The position numbers and the translations under genes are program-made. A stretch of 64,000 nucleotides of DNA from an uncultured bacterium (GTDB taxonomy: Bacteria > JAGOEH01), in NCBI GenBank assembly GCA_964632485.1, contig CAZWDO010000015.1:1-64000 (forward strand), written 5' to 3'. The notes beneath the pieces were generated by a model. That model did not search any database. It had not been told where the DNA came from and saw only the letters and a list, made by a program, of their open reading frames with translations. Positions 9,726-19,774 of this stretch are shown piece by piece. Every line of letters starts with the position of its first letter. The stretch's first letter is position 1.

Positions 9726-10616
9726 GTGCCTATATCTACTTATACCTATAAGGAGTTCCTGAAAACCGCCCTTCGATTACGGGTTGCGCTCCCTCTTTTG
9801 GGGAAAATGCCGCTCAACATTATGTTTATTCTATTTTTTTTAGTTTTGGGTTTAGCAAATCCGGCATTTTATTTTTTAGGGATTGCCTTTGAGATGGTTT
9901 ATCTCTTTTTTATCGCCAATCTTCCCGGAGTCAAGAAAGTAATCGAAGGGCAACTTCTTCTTCAACAAAAACAAAAGCAGGGCGATCAAACTCAGCGGTT
10001 GGCCGCTTCACTTGAACCTGTCGCCCGTGAGCGTTTTGTCAAATTACAAAATGTATGCCGCTCCATGCTCGATTCCTTTGACTTTAACCAAAATGGTGTG
10101 GTTGGTAAAGACGAGTTGAAGTCAGGCGGACTGAATCAACTATTAGGGATGTTTCTGCGTTTACTTTCAAGCCAGAAACGCGTTATGGCCATTTTAAAAG
10201 AAACAAATCCTTCATCTATCAGGGACGATATCCGAAAAATTGAAAAACAGTTGGAACAGCTTGAATCGGATTCGCCCATGGCTCGTTCTTTGCGCGGTAC
10301 CCTGGAGATTCAGAACCGCCGGTTGGTTAATCTGGAAAAAGCCCAGGAAAGCTCGAAAGTAATCGAAACGGAACTGGATCGGATTGAAAAACAGATTACT
10401 CTGATGCGCGAGGAAATGGCTGTCACCAGCGATGTCAGTCTCTTCAGCTCCCGACTCGATGGCGTTGTGGATTCATTACAGGGAACCACTCGCTGGATGA
10501 CCGAAAACGCCGATCTGTTCGGGTCTTTCGAACAAGTTGATTTTGCCGAGAATATTTTGGATAATAATATGCCGGAACCCACAAAAACTAAACAAAGAAG
10601 TCGAAGCGATGCCTAA
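9726..10616 (+). CDS. Hypothetical membrane protein with N-terminal TM hairpin and long coiled coil
   Basis: 296 aa, GTG start 3 nt after ATPase stop; hydrophobic N-terminal hairpin then heptad-rich region. Confidence 0.8.
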   Translation: MPISTYTYKEFLKTALRLRVALPLLGKMPLNIMFILFFLVLGLANPAFYFLGIAFEMVYLFFIANLPGVKKVIEGQLLLQQKQKQGDQTQRLAASLEPVARERFVKLQNVCRSMLDSFDFNQNGVVGKDELKSGGLNQLLGMFLRLLSSQKRVMAILKETNPSSIRDDIRKIEKQLEQLESDSPMARSLRGTLEIQNRRLVNLEKAQESSKVIETELDRIEKQITLMREEMAVTSDVSLFSSRLDGVVDSLQGTTRWMTENADLFGSFEQVDFAENILDNNMPEPTKTKQRSRSDA

Positions 10617-12402
10617 ACATTTTGTGATGCCCGAGTGGGCGCTAACCATGAATGAAATCTTCCGCGCTGATATCATCAGCCAGTTTGTGATAACCGGCAA
10701 TATCCACGATCTGATTCCGTTTAAGCTGGAAAGCGCTTTACATTATTATACGCTTCACGATTTTTTGTCGCATGTTTTATTTGAAACCTTTGATGTTGTA
10801 TTATTTTATGATCGGGGTAAAGGCATAACACTTGCGCAAGGCCGCGAACCTTTCAGCCAATTTCTTGAAATTATGGACCGATATGCCCATACCCAATATT
10901 CCGACGATGCGGGAACCAACCGCAATCCGGATAAAAAGCTGACCCATCCGGGTCTTTTACCGCGTCAACCCCAATATGCCCTTGAAATCCTGGATCGGTT
11001 TCTACGTTATGTCGGCCGTAATCCACAAAAAGACAAACCCCCGCTCTCGGTTGCAATTGTTTTGGAATACGCCAATTATCTTTTTCCGCGGGGAGAATCG
11101 ATCTATCTATCCAATGAATTGGGCAGTAATTTGATTACGGTTCTAAATTGGGCCCGTGATCCGGCGATCGGGGCGGCTACGGTGGCTACGGTTTTGACAA
11201 GCGAGACATTGGGTGATTTGAACCCGGCGATTGTCAATAATTCCTATGCAGCTATAATCGAGTTGCCCTTACCAGCGGTCGATGAGATCCATGACTATCT
11301 GGGATATCTCAGCATGCAGGAAACGCAGTTTAGTCGCTACTGTCCGATTGAAACCTCCATTTTAGCCACTAAATTGACCGGATTGAACCGGATTGGAATT
11401 AAAAGTATGATTTATCGTTCCTTGCGAAATGAGCAGGAGATCACTTATAAAGGAATTGCCCGCATTAAAAAAGAGATGATTGAAAAGGAGAGTTTTGATA
11501 AGCTTGAATTTATTGAAACCAATAGAACCCTGGATCAGGTTGCAGGACATGATAAAGCCAAGGAATGGCTGCGAGCTGATGCCCGTTTACTAAAAAGCGG
11601 CGTTTTGCAGGCCTTGCCCATGGGTTATCTGATCACCGGGCGGATCGGTACTGGTAAAACCTATTTAGTGCAATGTTTTGCCGGAGAGTGCGGTGTTCCA
11701 TTTGTTCAAATGAAGAATTTTCGCGACAAATGGGTCGGCGCCTCCGAAGCCAATCTGGAAAAAGTGTTTCAAATACTTCATGCTCTGGGACAGGTAGTCG
11801 TATTTGTTGATGAAGCAGATCAGGCTACCGGTAAACGCGATGGAGGAGAAGGGGATTCCGGACTTTCCGGCCGAATTTATGCAATGCTCGCCAAGGAAAT
11901 GGCAAACACCGATAACCGTGGAAAAATTATCTGGATTTTTGCAACCAGCCGTCCGGATCTGCTGGAGATCGATTTGAAACGACAGGGACGACTCGATATA
12001 CATATCCCTCTTTTCCCACCAGCCTCGGACGAGGATATCCGCGCAATGTTCCTGGCAATTGCCGCTAAACTTAAAATTGAACTCACTCCGGAAGCCATTC
12101 CACTACCGGCTCCCCAACTGGTGGGAATCAGCGGAAATGAAATCGAAGGACTCATGGTCAGATCCTTACGGGATTATGAATTGCGTAAAGCTGAAAATCC
12201 AACTCTGACACTCGCTATAACCCTTAAAGAAAATCTGATCAATTACCGTCCTTCAGCCCATACTAAACGACTTGAACTGATGGATCTTTTAGCCGTCAAA
12301 GAATGTACAGATAGCTGTTTTCTATCGTCTCAGTTCGTCAATATGACAGGCGAGGAGCTTGACCGCCGAATAGTATTGCTTAAGAGCGAGATAGATATAT
12401 AG
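10609..12402 (+). CDS. Classic-clade AAA+ ATPase with N-terminal (probably degenerate AAA-like) domain
   Basis: Walker A GRIGTGKT, pore loop DKWVG, Walker B VFVDEAD, SRH ATSRPDLLEIDLKRQGRLD; start moved to ATG 10609 overlapping upstream stop. Confidence 0.9.
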   Translation: MPKHFVMPEWALTMNEIFRADIISQFVITGNIHDLIPFKLESALHYYTLHDFLSHVLFETFDVVLFYDRGKGITLAQGREPFSQFLEIMDRYAHTQYSDDAGTNRNPDKKLTHPGLLPRQPQYALEILDRFLRYVGRNPQKDKPPLSVAIVLEYANYLFPRGESIYLSNELGSNLITVLNWARDPAIGAATVATVLTSETLGDLNPAIVNNSYAAIIELPLPAVDEIHDYLGYLSMQETQFSRYCPIETSILATKLTGLNRIGIKSMIYRSLRNEQEITYKGIARIKKEMIEKESFDKLEFIETNRTLDQVAGHDKAKEWLRADARLLKSGVLQALPMGYLITGRIGTGKTYLVQCFAGECGVPFVQMKNFRDKWVGASEANLEKVFQILHALGQVVVFVDEADQATGKRDGGEGDSGLSGRIYAMLAKEMANTDNRGKIIWIFATSRPDLLEIDLKRQGRLDIHIPLFPPASDEDIRAMFLAIAAKLKIELTPEAIPLPAPQLVGISGNEIEGLMVRSLRDYELRKAENPTLTLAITLKENLINYRPSAHTKRLELMDLLAVKECTDSCFLSSQFVNMTGEELDRRIVLLKSEIDI

Positions 12403-12417
12403 ACGTATCGTTATCGA

Positions 12418-14135
12418 TTATTGGCTGGTGAATTCATCCACCGGTACATTATCATAAACATTAAAAATATCCTGGTATTGGAGCAATCCGATCACCTGGC
12501 CGCTGGCGCGGCTTAAAATTGGCAATCGGCTGAGATTGCTTTTACTGAATATCAGAACCGCCTGGTAAAGATTATCATCCTCATAGCAGTAAACAGGAGG
12601 ATAAGCGATTTCCATTACCGATGTATTCTGATAATCCGTCTTATATACAAATTGCATTATCCGGCCCATGGGCAACATTCCCACAATTTTTTTGTTTTTA
12701 TCTGTTACAGGAATTGGGAAGATAAAGCTGGGATTGCTCATAATCGTTTTTAATTCTGAAATTGGAGTCTTTTCATCAATTGTTAATAAATTGGAATAAG
12801 GTTTGTAAATTCGGTTAACCGGTATGCGGGAAAGAATAAATGGGGGGATTCCCTTTAAATAAATCGGAGAATGAAAACGGTCAACCGCCTGGTTGCGATA
12901 GATGGCAAATGAATGGGAAAGAATGATAATCAATGTATTCACAAAGAGAAGGGGAATGATCAGAGAAAAAGAACCCGTCATTTCACAGGCCATAATTAGC
13001 GCGCCAATGGGCGCTTTGGCAACACCGGTAAAAAAAAACCGGCCATTCCGACTAAAACAAATGCGGTTTGCGATGGTATCGGTAAAGGGAAATGAAGCAT
13101 GATTAGCAATTGGTGAACCATGGCGCCCGTCATTCCGCCGATGAAAAGCGAAGGACCAAAAACTCCGCCACTGCCGCCGGTACCTATGGTGAAACAGGTC
13201 GCTATGAGTTTCAGGAATAGCAATGTCAGAATGAATATAAATGGAAAGGAAGTGGTGGTTAATTCGATCAGGGGTTTTAGGTTGGCTCCCATTGCGCGGG
13301 GGAAAAAAAAGCCAATCAATCCAACTAACAAACCACCTATGGCTGGTTTGAGGTAGATTGAGATTTTTAGCCGACTGGTCATACTGCGAATCAGATAAAA
13401 AAATTTGACGAAAAATGCGCCCATCAGCACACATATAATGGCTAATATGATATAAGCCGGAAACTCTTGATAACTCTTAAAGAGTGATTGCGGGAAATTT
13501 AGAACATTTTTTCCGGGAACCCAAAAGAGATAGATAAAATACCCACTAATTGAAGAGATGATGGCCGGTATCAGCGCCCGCGCTTCAAAATCTTCACGAT
13601 AGATGATTTCTATACTGGCAAAAGCTCCACCCAGAGGCGCTTTGAAAATAGCGCCGATCCCCCCGGCTGCCCTAGCTAACATCAAAGAGCGGGTCATATC
13701 GACATCCAATCGAAAGACACGCGCGATTTTTGAACCAATTCCAGAGCCAATTTGAGCAATAGGTCCTTCTACGCCACCACTACCCCCAAAACCTAAAGTG
13801 AAAATCGAGGAAATGGCTTTGACTATTGATACTTTGATCGGAACATATCCTTCATTTTGGTGGAAAGCTTTGGCAACGGCATCAATCCCGTGCCCCTCAG
13901 CTTCCGGCGCAAAACGGTAGATTAAAACTGCGCTGATCGTCGCGCCAATTGCCGGGAAAATTAAATAATAATATCGGGGCAATTGAAATAAAAACCCTGA
14001 TAATTGCTGCAATAAAAAATAGAACAAGACCGCGGAACTGCCGGTTAATAGACCAATCAATGCAGAACTGAATATTAATTGCCATTTAATGGGGAGCGAT
14101 GATATATATTTCAGAGAAAATGCCACTTTCTTCAT
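12418..14135 (-). pseudogene. ClC chloride/H+ transporter with C-terminal CBS pair, frameshifted at a T9 tract
   Basis: GHGID, GGSGGVEGP, IFKAPLGG, GSGGVFGP in ORF 12996-14252 (likely start 14135); continuation FTGVAKAPIG plus CBS domains in ORF 12418-13434; junction at A9 run 13030-13038. Confidence 0.85.
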
Positions 14136-14377
14136 TGACTCTATTTTAATCAATTCCCTTGTAAATGTCAAGTCATATTTAGATTTAATTTGAGTAAGAC
14201 AATAAATGGAGTTTAAGCTTAACCGGAAATCTATTCTCCACAGATATGGCATATTTGCGCTATGCTGAAATCATGTAGATTGTTCAGTTCGCTAATAATG
14301 AAATCTTGTAGAATTTCATGTTGTACGAAAATTATTTAATACTTGATTTTATGAATCTTTAGGTTATATTAATTAAT

Positions 14378-14767
14378 ATGGAACCTTTATATGATCCGGC
14401 TGATTTTGATCAACATTATTTTGAACAACTGATGGAAGCGGAATTGCAGGTCTTGCCCGCACGCTTTAAAAATAAAATCGAAAACCTGATTTTTCTGGTC
14501 GAGGATTATCCCAATCCGGAGTTAGTCCAGCGCATGGGTTTGCCCGGACGCCATTCATTATTAGGCGTTTATACAGGGGTGCCATTATCCAAACGACATT
14601 ATTACATGGGCGTGATGCCGGACCAAATCATCCTGTTTCGTTGTAATATTCTATCCGTTTGTCGCCGGGAAACGGAAATCCCGCTTCAGATTCGCAAAGT
14701 GCTTCTGCATGAAATCGGGCATTATCTGGGAATGAGCGAGGCTGAAATCAGGGAAGTGGGATATTAA
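14378..14767 (+). CDS. Zincin-like metallopeptidase family protein (DUF1025)
   Basis: LLGVYTGVPL, PDQIILFR, HEIGHYLG. Confidence 0.9.
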   Translation: MEPLYDPADFDQHYFEQLMEAELQVLPARFKNKIENLIFLVEDYPNPELVQRMGLPGRHSLLGVYTGVPLSKRHYYMGVMPDQIILFRCNILSVCRRETEIPLQIRKVLLHEIGHYLGMSEAEIREVGY

Positions 14768-14833
14768 GTGTTAAAGGCGCTTCGCAACTATTGATAATTT
14801 AAGGTTACTTATCATCTTAAAAGGAGACGAATC

Positions 14834-16504
14834 ATGAAGACCGATTTTGAAATCAGTCGTGAAGCTAATCTCAAGCATATTAACGAGATCGGCGCTATGC
14901 TGGGTATTTCTGAGGATGAATTGATATTGTATGGCAAAAACAAGGCGAAGATCCCCCTGGAATTGATCGATCCGCAACGAATCAAAAATTCCCGACTGGT
15001 CTTGGTCTCTGCGATCACTCCCACTCCGGCAGGGGAGGGCAAGACGACCACGTCAATCGGTTTGGCCCAGGCATTAAACCGATGTGGACGTAAAACAACA
15101 GTGGTGTTGCGTGAGCCGTCTTTGGGGCCTGTCTTTGGTATCAAGGGTGGCGCAGCAGGGGGCGGTTATGCTCAAGTTGTTCCTATGGAAGATATTAATC
15201 TTCATTTTACCGGCGATTTTGCGGCTATCGAGAAAGCCAATAATTTATTGGCCGCCTTGATCGATAATAACATTCAAAGTAAAAAAGAAAATTTGGGTAT
15301 CGATCCGCGGACGGTTCACTGGCGGCGAGTGCTGGATATGAATGACCGATCGCTGCGCAATATTATTGTCGGTCTGGGAGGCGCCAGCCATGGCGTTCCC
15401 CGTGAGACAGGATTTGATATCACCGCTGCCTCGGAAGTAATGGCCGCTTTATGTCTGGCCAATGACCTGAACCATCTCAAGGATAAGCTCAATCGCATTT
15501 TTATCGGTTATACCTATGATCGAAAACCAATTTTTGCGGGCGATCTTAATGCGCCCGGGGCGATGGCAGTGTTACTCAAGGATGCCATCATGCCCAATCT
15601 AGCGCAAACTCTTGAAAACACTCCTGCTATCATCCATGGAGGTCCGTTCGCCAATATCGCCCATGGTTGCAATTCACTCATCGCTACCAAAATGGGTCTG
15701 AGCCTCTCTGATTATGTCGTTACCGAAGCTGGATTCGGTTTTGATCTCGGCGCTGAGAAGTTTTTCGATATCAAATGCCGATATGGTGATCTTTCTCCTA
15801 AAGCTGTTGTATTAGTAGCTACTGTCCGTGCCCTGAAAGTCCATGGCGGCGTAAAGATTGCCGATCTGAATCAGCCGAATCCCCAGGCAGTTATCAGCGG
15901 ATTGTCGAATCTGGAGAAACATATCGAAAATATGAATCATTTCGAAATCTGTTCAATCGTAACACTGAACCGATTTCCGACTGATACGGATGAGGAAATC
16001 GCGATTATCCGCGATAAATGCCGCGAAATGAAAGTTAAGTTCGCGCTTTCTGAAGTTTTTCAACATGGCGGTAAGGGGGGTATCGAATTAGCGGAAGCCG
16101 TCATTGAAGTAGCGGAAAAATGTGTGGGTAGCTTTAAACCCCTTTATGAATGGGATTGGACAGTGGAACGAAAAATTGAAACCGTCGCTAAAACTATATA
16201 TGGGGCGAACGCAATCGATTATGCTTCCCATGCTAAAACCGATCTTAATACCATTTATAAACTGGGGTTGGATGAACTCCCGGTCTGTATCGCCAAAACT
16301 CAGAAATCACTCTCTGACAATCCGGATTTGCTGGGAAGACCTAAGGATTTTGTAGTGACTGTACGCGAGATTCAGATCGCTTCCGGAGCAGGGTTCATTA
16401 TCCCCATCACGGGTGATATTATGCGCATGCCCGGTTTGCCAGCTAAACCAGCCGCCGAGCAAATGGATATCGATGATGAAGGAAATATTGTCGGATTGAC
16501 TTAA
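14834..16504 (+). CDS. fhs: Formate--tetrahydrofolate ligase
   Basis: TPTPAGEGKTT, GIKGGAAGGGY, HGGPFANIAHG, MRMPGLP. Confidence 0.98.
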   Translation: MKTDFEISREANLKHINEIGAMLGISEDELILYGKNKAKIPLELIDPQRIKNSRLVLVSAITPTPAGEGKTTTSIGLAQALNRCGRKTTVVLREPSLGPVFGIKGGAAGGGYAQVVPMEDINLHFTGDFAAIEKANNLLAALIDNNIQSKKENLGIDPRTVHWRRVLDMNDRSLRNIIVGLGGASHGVPRETGFDITAASEVMAALCLANDLNHLKDKLNRIFIGYTYDRKPIFAGDLNAPGAMAVLLKDAIMPNLAQTLENTPAIIHGGPFANIAHGCNSLIATKMGLSLSDYVVTEAGFGFDLGAEKFFDIKCRYGDLSPKAVVLVATVRALKVHGGVKIADLNQPNPQAVISGLSNLEKHIENMNHFEICSIVTLNRFPTDTDEEIAIIRDKCREMKVKFALSEVFQHGGKGGIELAEAVIEVAEKCVGSFKPLYEWDWTVERKIETVAKTIYGANAIDYASHAKTDLNTIYKLGLDELPVCIAKTQKSLSDNPDLLGRPKDFVVTVREIQIASGAGFIIPITGDIMRMPGLPAKPAAEQMDIDDEGNIVGLT

Positions 16505-17736
16505 TCAGGTTCTGGCGCGGTGTGAATACCGTATTTTTTTTCGATCTTTTCATAATAATTAATGATTTCCCGGCAATATATACGTTTGCTCATATAAGTT
16601 CCCCAATAAAAATTGCGTTTAAAGCCATAAATAATAATATTTTTAAGCTTTTTGGGGTTGATGGGGATATTCGTTACCGCTAATTCCACTTCCCGACTAA
16701 TCGTTGTGTTGGAAACCAGCCGGTTGTCGGTGCAGAGGCTGATGGATAACCCTTCACTCAGCATTTTTTTCAGGCTATGCTCATGGATGTCGACCAGAGA
16801 TGGATTAGTCTGGAGATTGCTGGTAAGGCAGACTTCGATGGTTATTCGGCGGTCGGCTATATAATTGGCTAAATTTTCGACATATCTTTCTTTATTGATA
16901 ATAATGGGGTTATGTATCTTCTCAGTATCAAAAAGATAATAGCCGTGCCCCAGCCGATCAGCGTGCAAAGAGGTAATAGCCTGGAAAATCGATTCCGGGC
17001 CATAAGCTTCGCCGGCATGGACGGTTTTCTTAACAAAATGCTGGTGGCAATAATCATAGGCGCGGCGATGGTTCATGGCCGGATACCCATCTTCCTGACC
17101 TGCCAAATCAAATCCTACAATTGGAATCTGATGCGTTTCAATCAATTTAATCGTGGCTTTGGCTAATTCCAGCGAAGCGAATTGATGAATGTCAATGGGA
17201 GATGAATAATGATGGACTTCGAATAACCGGCGGAAATAATCGGAAAATCCGGCGGTAAACATCCGCATGGCGCAGACTATTATTCCGTAATGGAAAGCGG
17301 GTTTACTGTGATTAATAATATCCTGCGATGCGTTATACTCCTGTTGGGCCCTTTTCAGACCCTGATTGACGCTTAGTAAAATTTGCTCAAAATTGAGATC
17401 CTTATGGATATGGAGTTGGGGCGCAAAGCGGACTTCAATATAGCAAACCCCTTCAAGAATATTGTCCCAAGCCAGTTCATAGGCAACTTGTTCCAACGCT
17501 TCCGCATGCTGTAAAACCGCGCAGGTATATTTAAATCCATGGAGATATTCACCCAAATTTTGGTATTTGTCTTTGTAGATTAATTCTCGCAAACCGGATT
17601 CTGTGTAGGACGGAAGCTCAATTCCGTATCTGTTCGCTAAATCGATAAGCGTGGAAAGTCGAAGAGAACCGTCTAAATGCAAATGGAGATCGGTCTTGGG
17701 TATCTCATGGATAAATTCTTTTGGGTAAATGGTCAT
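16501..17736 (-). CDS. add: Adenosine deaminase family protein
   Basis: PKTDLHLHLDGS, GFDLAG, HAGE, RLGHG, CTDN. Confidence 0.9.
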   Translation of the reverse strand: MTIYPKEFIHEIPKTDLHLHLDGSLRLSTLIDLANRYGIELPSYTESGLRELIYKDKYQNLGEYLHGFKYTCAVLQHAEALEQVAYELAWDNILEGVCYIEVRFAPQLHIHKDLNFEQILLSVNQGLKRAQQEYNASQDIINHSKPAFHYGIIVCAMRMFTAGFSDYFRRLFEVHHYSSPIDIHQFASLELAKATIKLIETHQIPIVGFDLAGQEDGYPAMNHRRAYDYCHQHFVKKTVHAGEAYGPESIFQAITSLHADRLGHGYYLFDTEKIHNPIIINKERYVENLANYIADRRITIEVCLTSNLQTNPSLVDIHEHSLKKMLSEGLSISLCTDNRLVSNTTISREVELAVTNIPINPKKLKNIIIYGFKRNFYWGTYMSKRIYCREIINYYEKIEKKYGIHTAPEPD

Positions 17737-18071
17737 GGTTGCGTTTCGCTTTTTAGGGTGGAATCTTTTTGTAATTTTCGGTTATCGTCGAGAGCCAGTA
17801 TGATCCTCTGCCAAACTCGGGAGTATTGTTCCGGTTTTTGATCGAATTCTTTCAGAAAATTCATGAATTCATCCCGATTGCTTTGATGTTGATCAAATAA
17901 CTGGTCCTGATAGAATTTTAAGGTGTCGGGTTCATTGAGATATTTCTCTGTTATCAGTGTGTTTTGCACATAAAGTTCGATGAATTGATCCATTGTCAGT
18001 TTTTTGTTCTCGGCATTCAAGCAAAAAGGCGACAATAGAAGCATCACAACTAACAGTGTTTTTAGTTTCAT
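17733..18071 (-). CDS. Secreted hypothetical protein (DUF4296-like helical)
   Basis: Signal peptide; ATGA overlap with the adenosine deaminase gene. Confidence 0.6.
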   Translation of the reverse strand: MKLKTLLVVMLLLSPFCLNAENKKLTMDQFIELYVQNTLITEKYLNEPDTLKFYQDQLFDQHQSNRDEFMNFLKEFDQKPEQYSRVWQRIILALDDNRKLQKDSTLKSETQP

Positions 18072-18074
18072 GTT

Positions 18075-19037
18075 TTATTCCTCCTGAGTTTTATTTTTTA
18101 TAACTGTGATTTGTTTAAAATGTTCCAATCGGAAACAAGAATCAGCAATGTTCAACGATTCTCCATCAATTTGAGCTGATACTGGAACGCTTGTATCGAT
18201 TTCCACTCTATGCGCCTGATAATAATTTCCATTCCGCTGGAGCCATTTTACCAAACCGGGAAAGAAACGGGTAAACATAAGCAGAAAATAATGAAAACAA
18301 TGCTTGATTACAAGAATTTCCACAATAGAATCATCACACCGCGCATCTTTCGAGATAATTGAACCACCGGCGTAGGAATTGACGTTACTGACTACCAGTC
18401 CTTTTAATCCCCGCGGGAATTCAAGAATTTGGGGAGTATCGCCGGAATGAAGGGTTATTTTAATCGGCGTATATATACGGTGATGAATGAAAATCAAACC
18501 CAGCGACAGGTAAAGTAAACGGTTCATCATATTCGATTTTAATACCCGATTTAATTTTTTCCGCCAATTTAAAAAATGATTGAGAACATAGGCGTCATAT
18601 CCAATACTAAAATAATTAATCATCGGATGTTGATTGACCATAAAAATGTCATAGGATATAGTCTGTGGGTTGGATAAAACTGCTTCAATTTGTATTTTTA
18701 AATGCTTTTTTAGATTCGTATTATTTTCAGGAGGAGAAAATCCTAAAAATAGCGCTAAATCATTACCCACTCCAAAAGGGATAATCCCGATCCGCGCAGA
18801 TAGCTTCTGCTTAATAGCATAAAGAATTACCATTGCCGCCGTGCCATCCCCGCCCATCGCTAAAATGAATCGGGTTTCTTCGGGAATTTGATGAGCATCA
18901 ATTCCATCCTGCCGGGTTTTAACCAGACGATAGGTGAGTTGTGGCCAGGTTTCACTCATGATAACCGGAATCAATTCTATGATTTTTTTTCCCAGTCGGT
19001 AACCGGATACCGGATTGATTACAAAGACGATATCCAT
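18075..19037 (-). CDS. Diacylglycerol/lipid kinase family protein
   Basis: INPVSG, GGDGT, PFGVGNDLA, NYFSIGYDA, QIDGE. Confidence 0.9.
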   Translation of the reverse strand: MDIVFVINPVSGYRLGKKIIELIPVIMSETWPQLTYRLVKTRQDGIDAHQIPEETRFILAMGGDGTAAMVILYAIKQKLSARIGIIPFGVGNDLALFLGFSPPENNTNLKKHLKIQIEAVLSNPQTISYDIFMVNQHPMINYFSIGYDAYVLNHFLNWRKKLNRVLKSNMMNRLLYLSLGLIFIHHRIYTPIKITLHSGDTPQILEFPRGLKGLVVSNVNSYAGGSIISKDARCDDSIVEILVIKHCFHYFLLMFTRFFPGLVKWLQRNGNYYQAHRVEIDTSVPVSAQIDGESLNIADSCFRLEHFKQITVIKNKTQEE

Positions 19038-19038
19038 C

Positions 19039-19773
19039 CTATCGATATCGCTCCGGTTGCAGGGTCAATGAGTAATTTCCTTGTAAATGATACTCGGCGA
19101 TCATCCCCAGCGCCATTGAGATATTTGTTGCTTCCTCCAATTCATCATGCATGTCGGTCCCGATGCTGATGGGAATCAGCGCTTCCTCAATTTTTTGAAG
19201 CAGAGCGGTCGGGTAAAAGTTAAATCCGGGGGAATATATGCCCTCTTTATCAATATGACAATTACGCGTCCCATCGGTAAGTTCTATTCCCAGTGAAAGG
19301 AGTTTCAATTCTTCGAGAAGGCGTTTTATTTTTGATTCTTTCAGGTGGAATAAGGTAATAGTGGGTATTTTATCAGTCGAAAAAAGCGTGTGGACCAGAT
19401 AAATAGGTCGCTGATAGACTTTGCGAATTTGTTCGATTTTTTTAAAATCCTTAAATCCGTTGACATACTCTATATTTAGATAATCAAAATAACTTAGAAG
19501 CGGGGAAAAGGGAATATCCCACTGCTGAATATCCAATTCTCCTCCAATTAAAATCATTGTTTTCGGATAATCAATCCGTATTTTTTCAATTTTATCCCGA
19601 TAGTTCCTGATTTGATATTCATAAAACAGTGAGGGTTTAATACTGAAAATGTGGTCAGAAAAGCCAATTGCTTTATATGAGCGTTCGCTTAAGAGTCGGG
19701 TAATTTCCTCCGGATAAAATCGGCCATCCGAAAAAACCGTATGGATGTGAAAATTAGATAACGGGATGTTCAT
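19039..19773 (-). CDS. PHP domain phosphoesterase
   Basis: HIHTVFSDG, FSDH, GTDMH metal ligands. Confidence 0.85.
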   Translation of the reverse strand: MNIPLSNFHIHTVFSDGRFYPEEITRLLSERSYKAIGFSDHIFSIKPSLFYEYQIRNYRDKIEKIRIDYPKTMILIGGELDIQQWDIPFSPLLSYFDYLNIEYVNGFKDFKKIEQIRKVYQRPIYLVHTLFSTDKIPTITLFHLKESKIKRLLEELKLLSLGIELTDGTRNCHIDKEGIYSPGFNFYPTALLQKIEEALIPISIGTDMHDELEEATNISMALGMIAEYHLQGNYSLTLQPERYR

Positions 19774-19774
19774 A

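Noticed and set aside
12418-13434. 338-aa ORF as an independent gene
   Set aside because: Its first ~130 aa are off-frame; the rest is the C-terminal half of the frameshifted ClC
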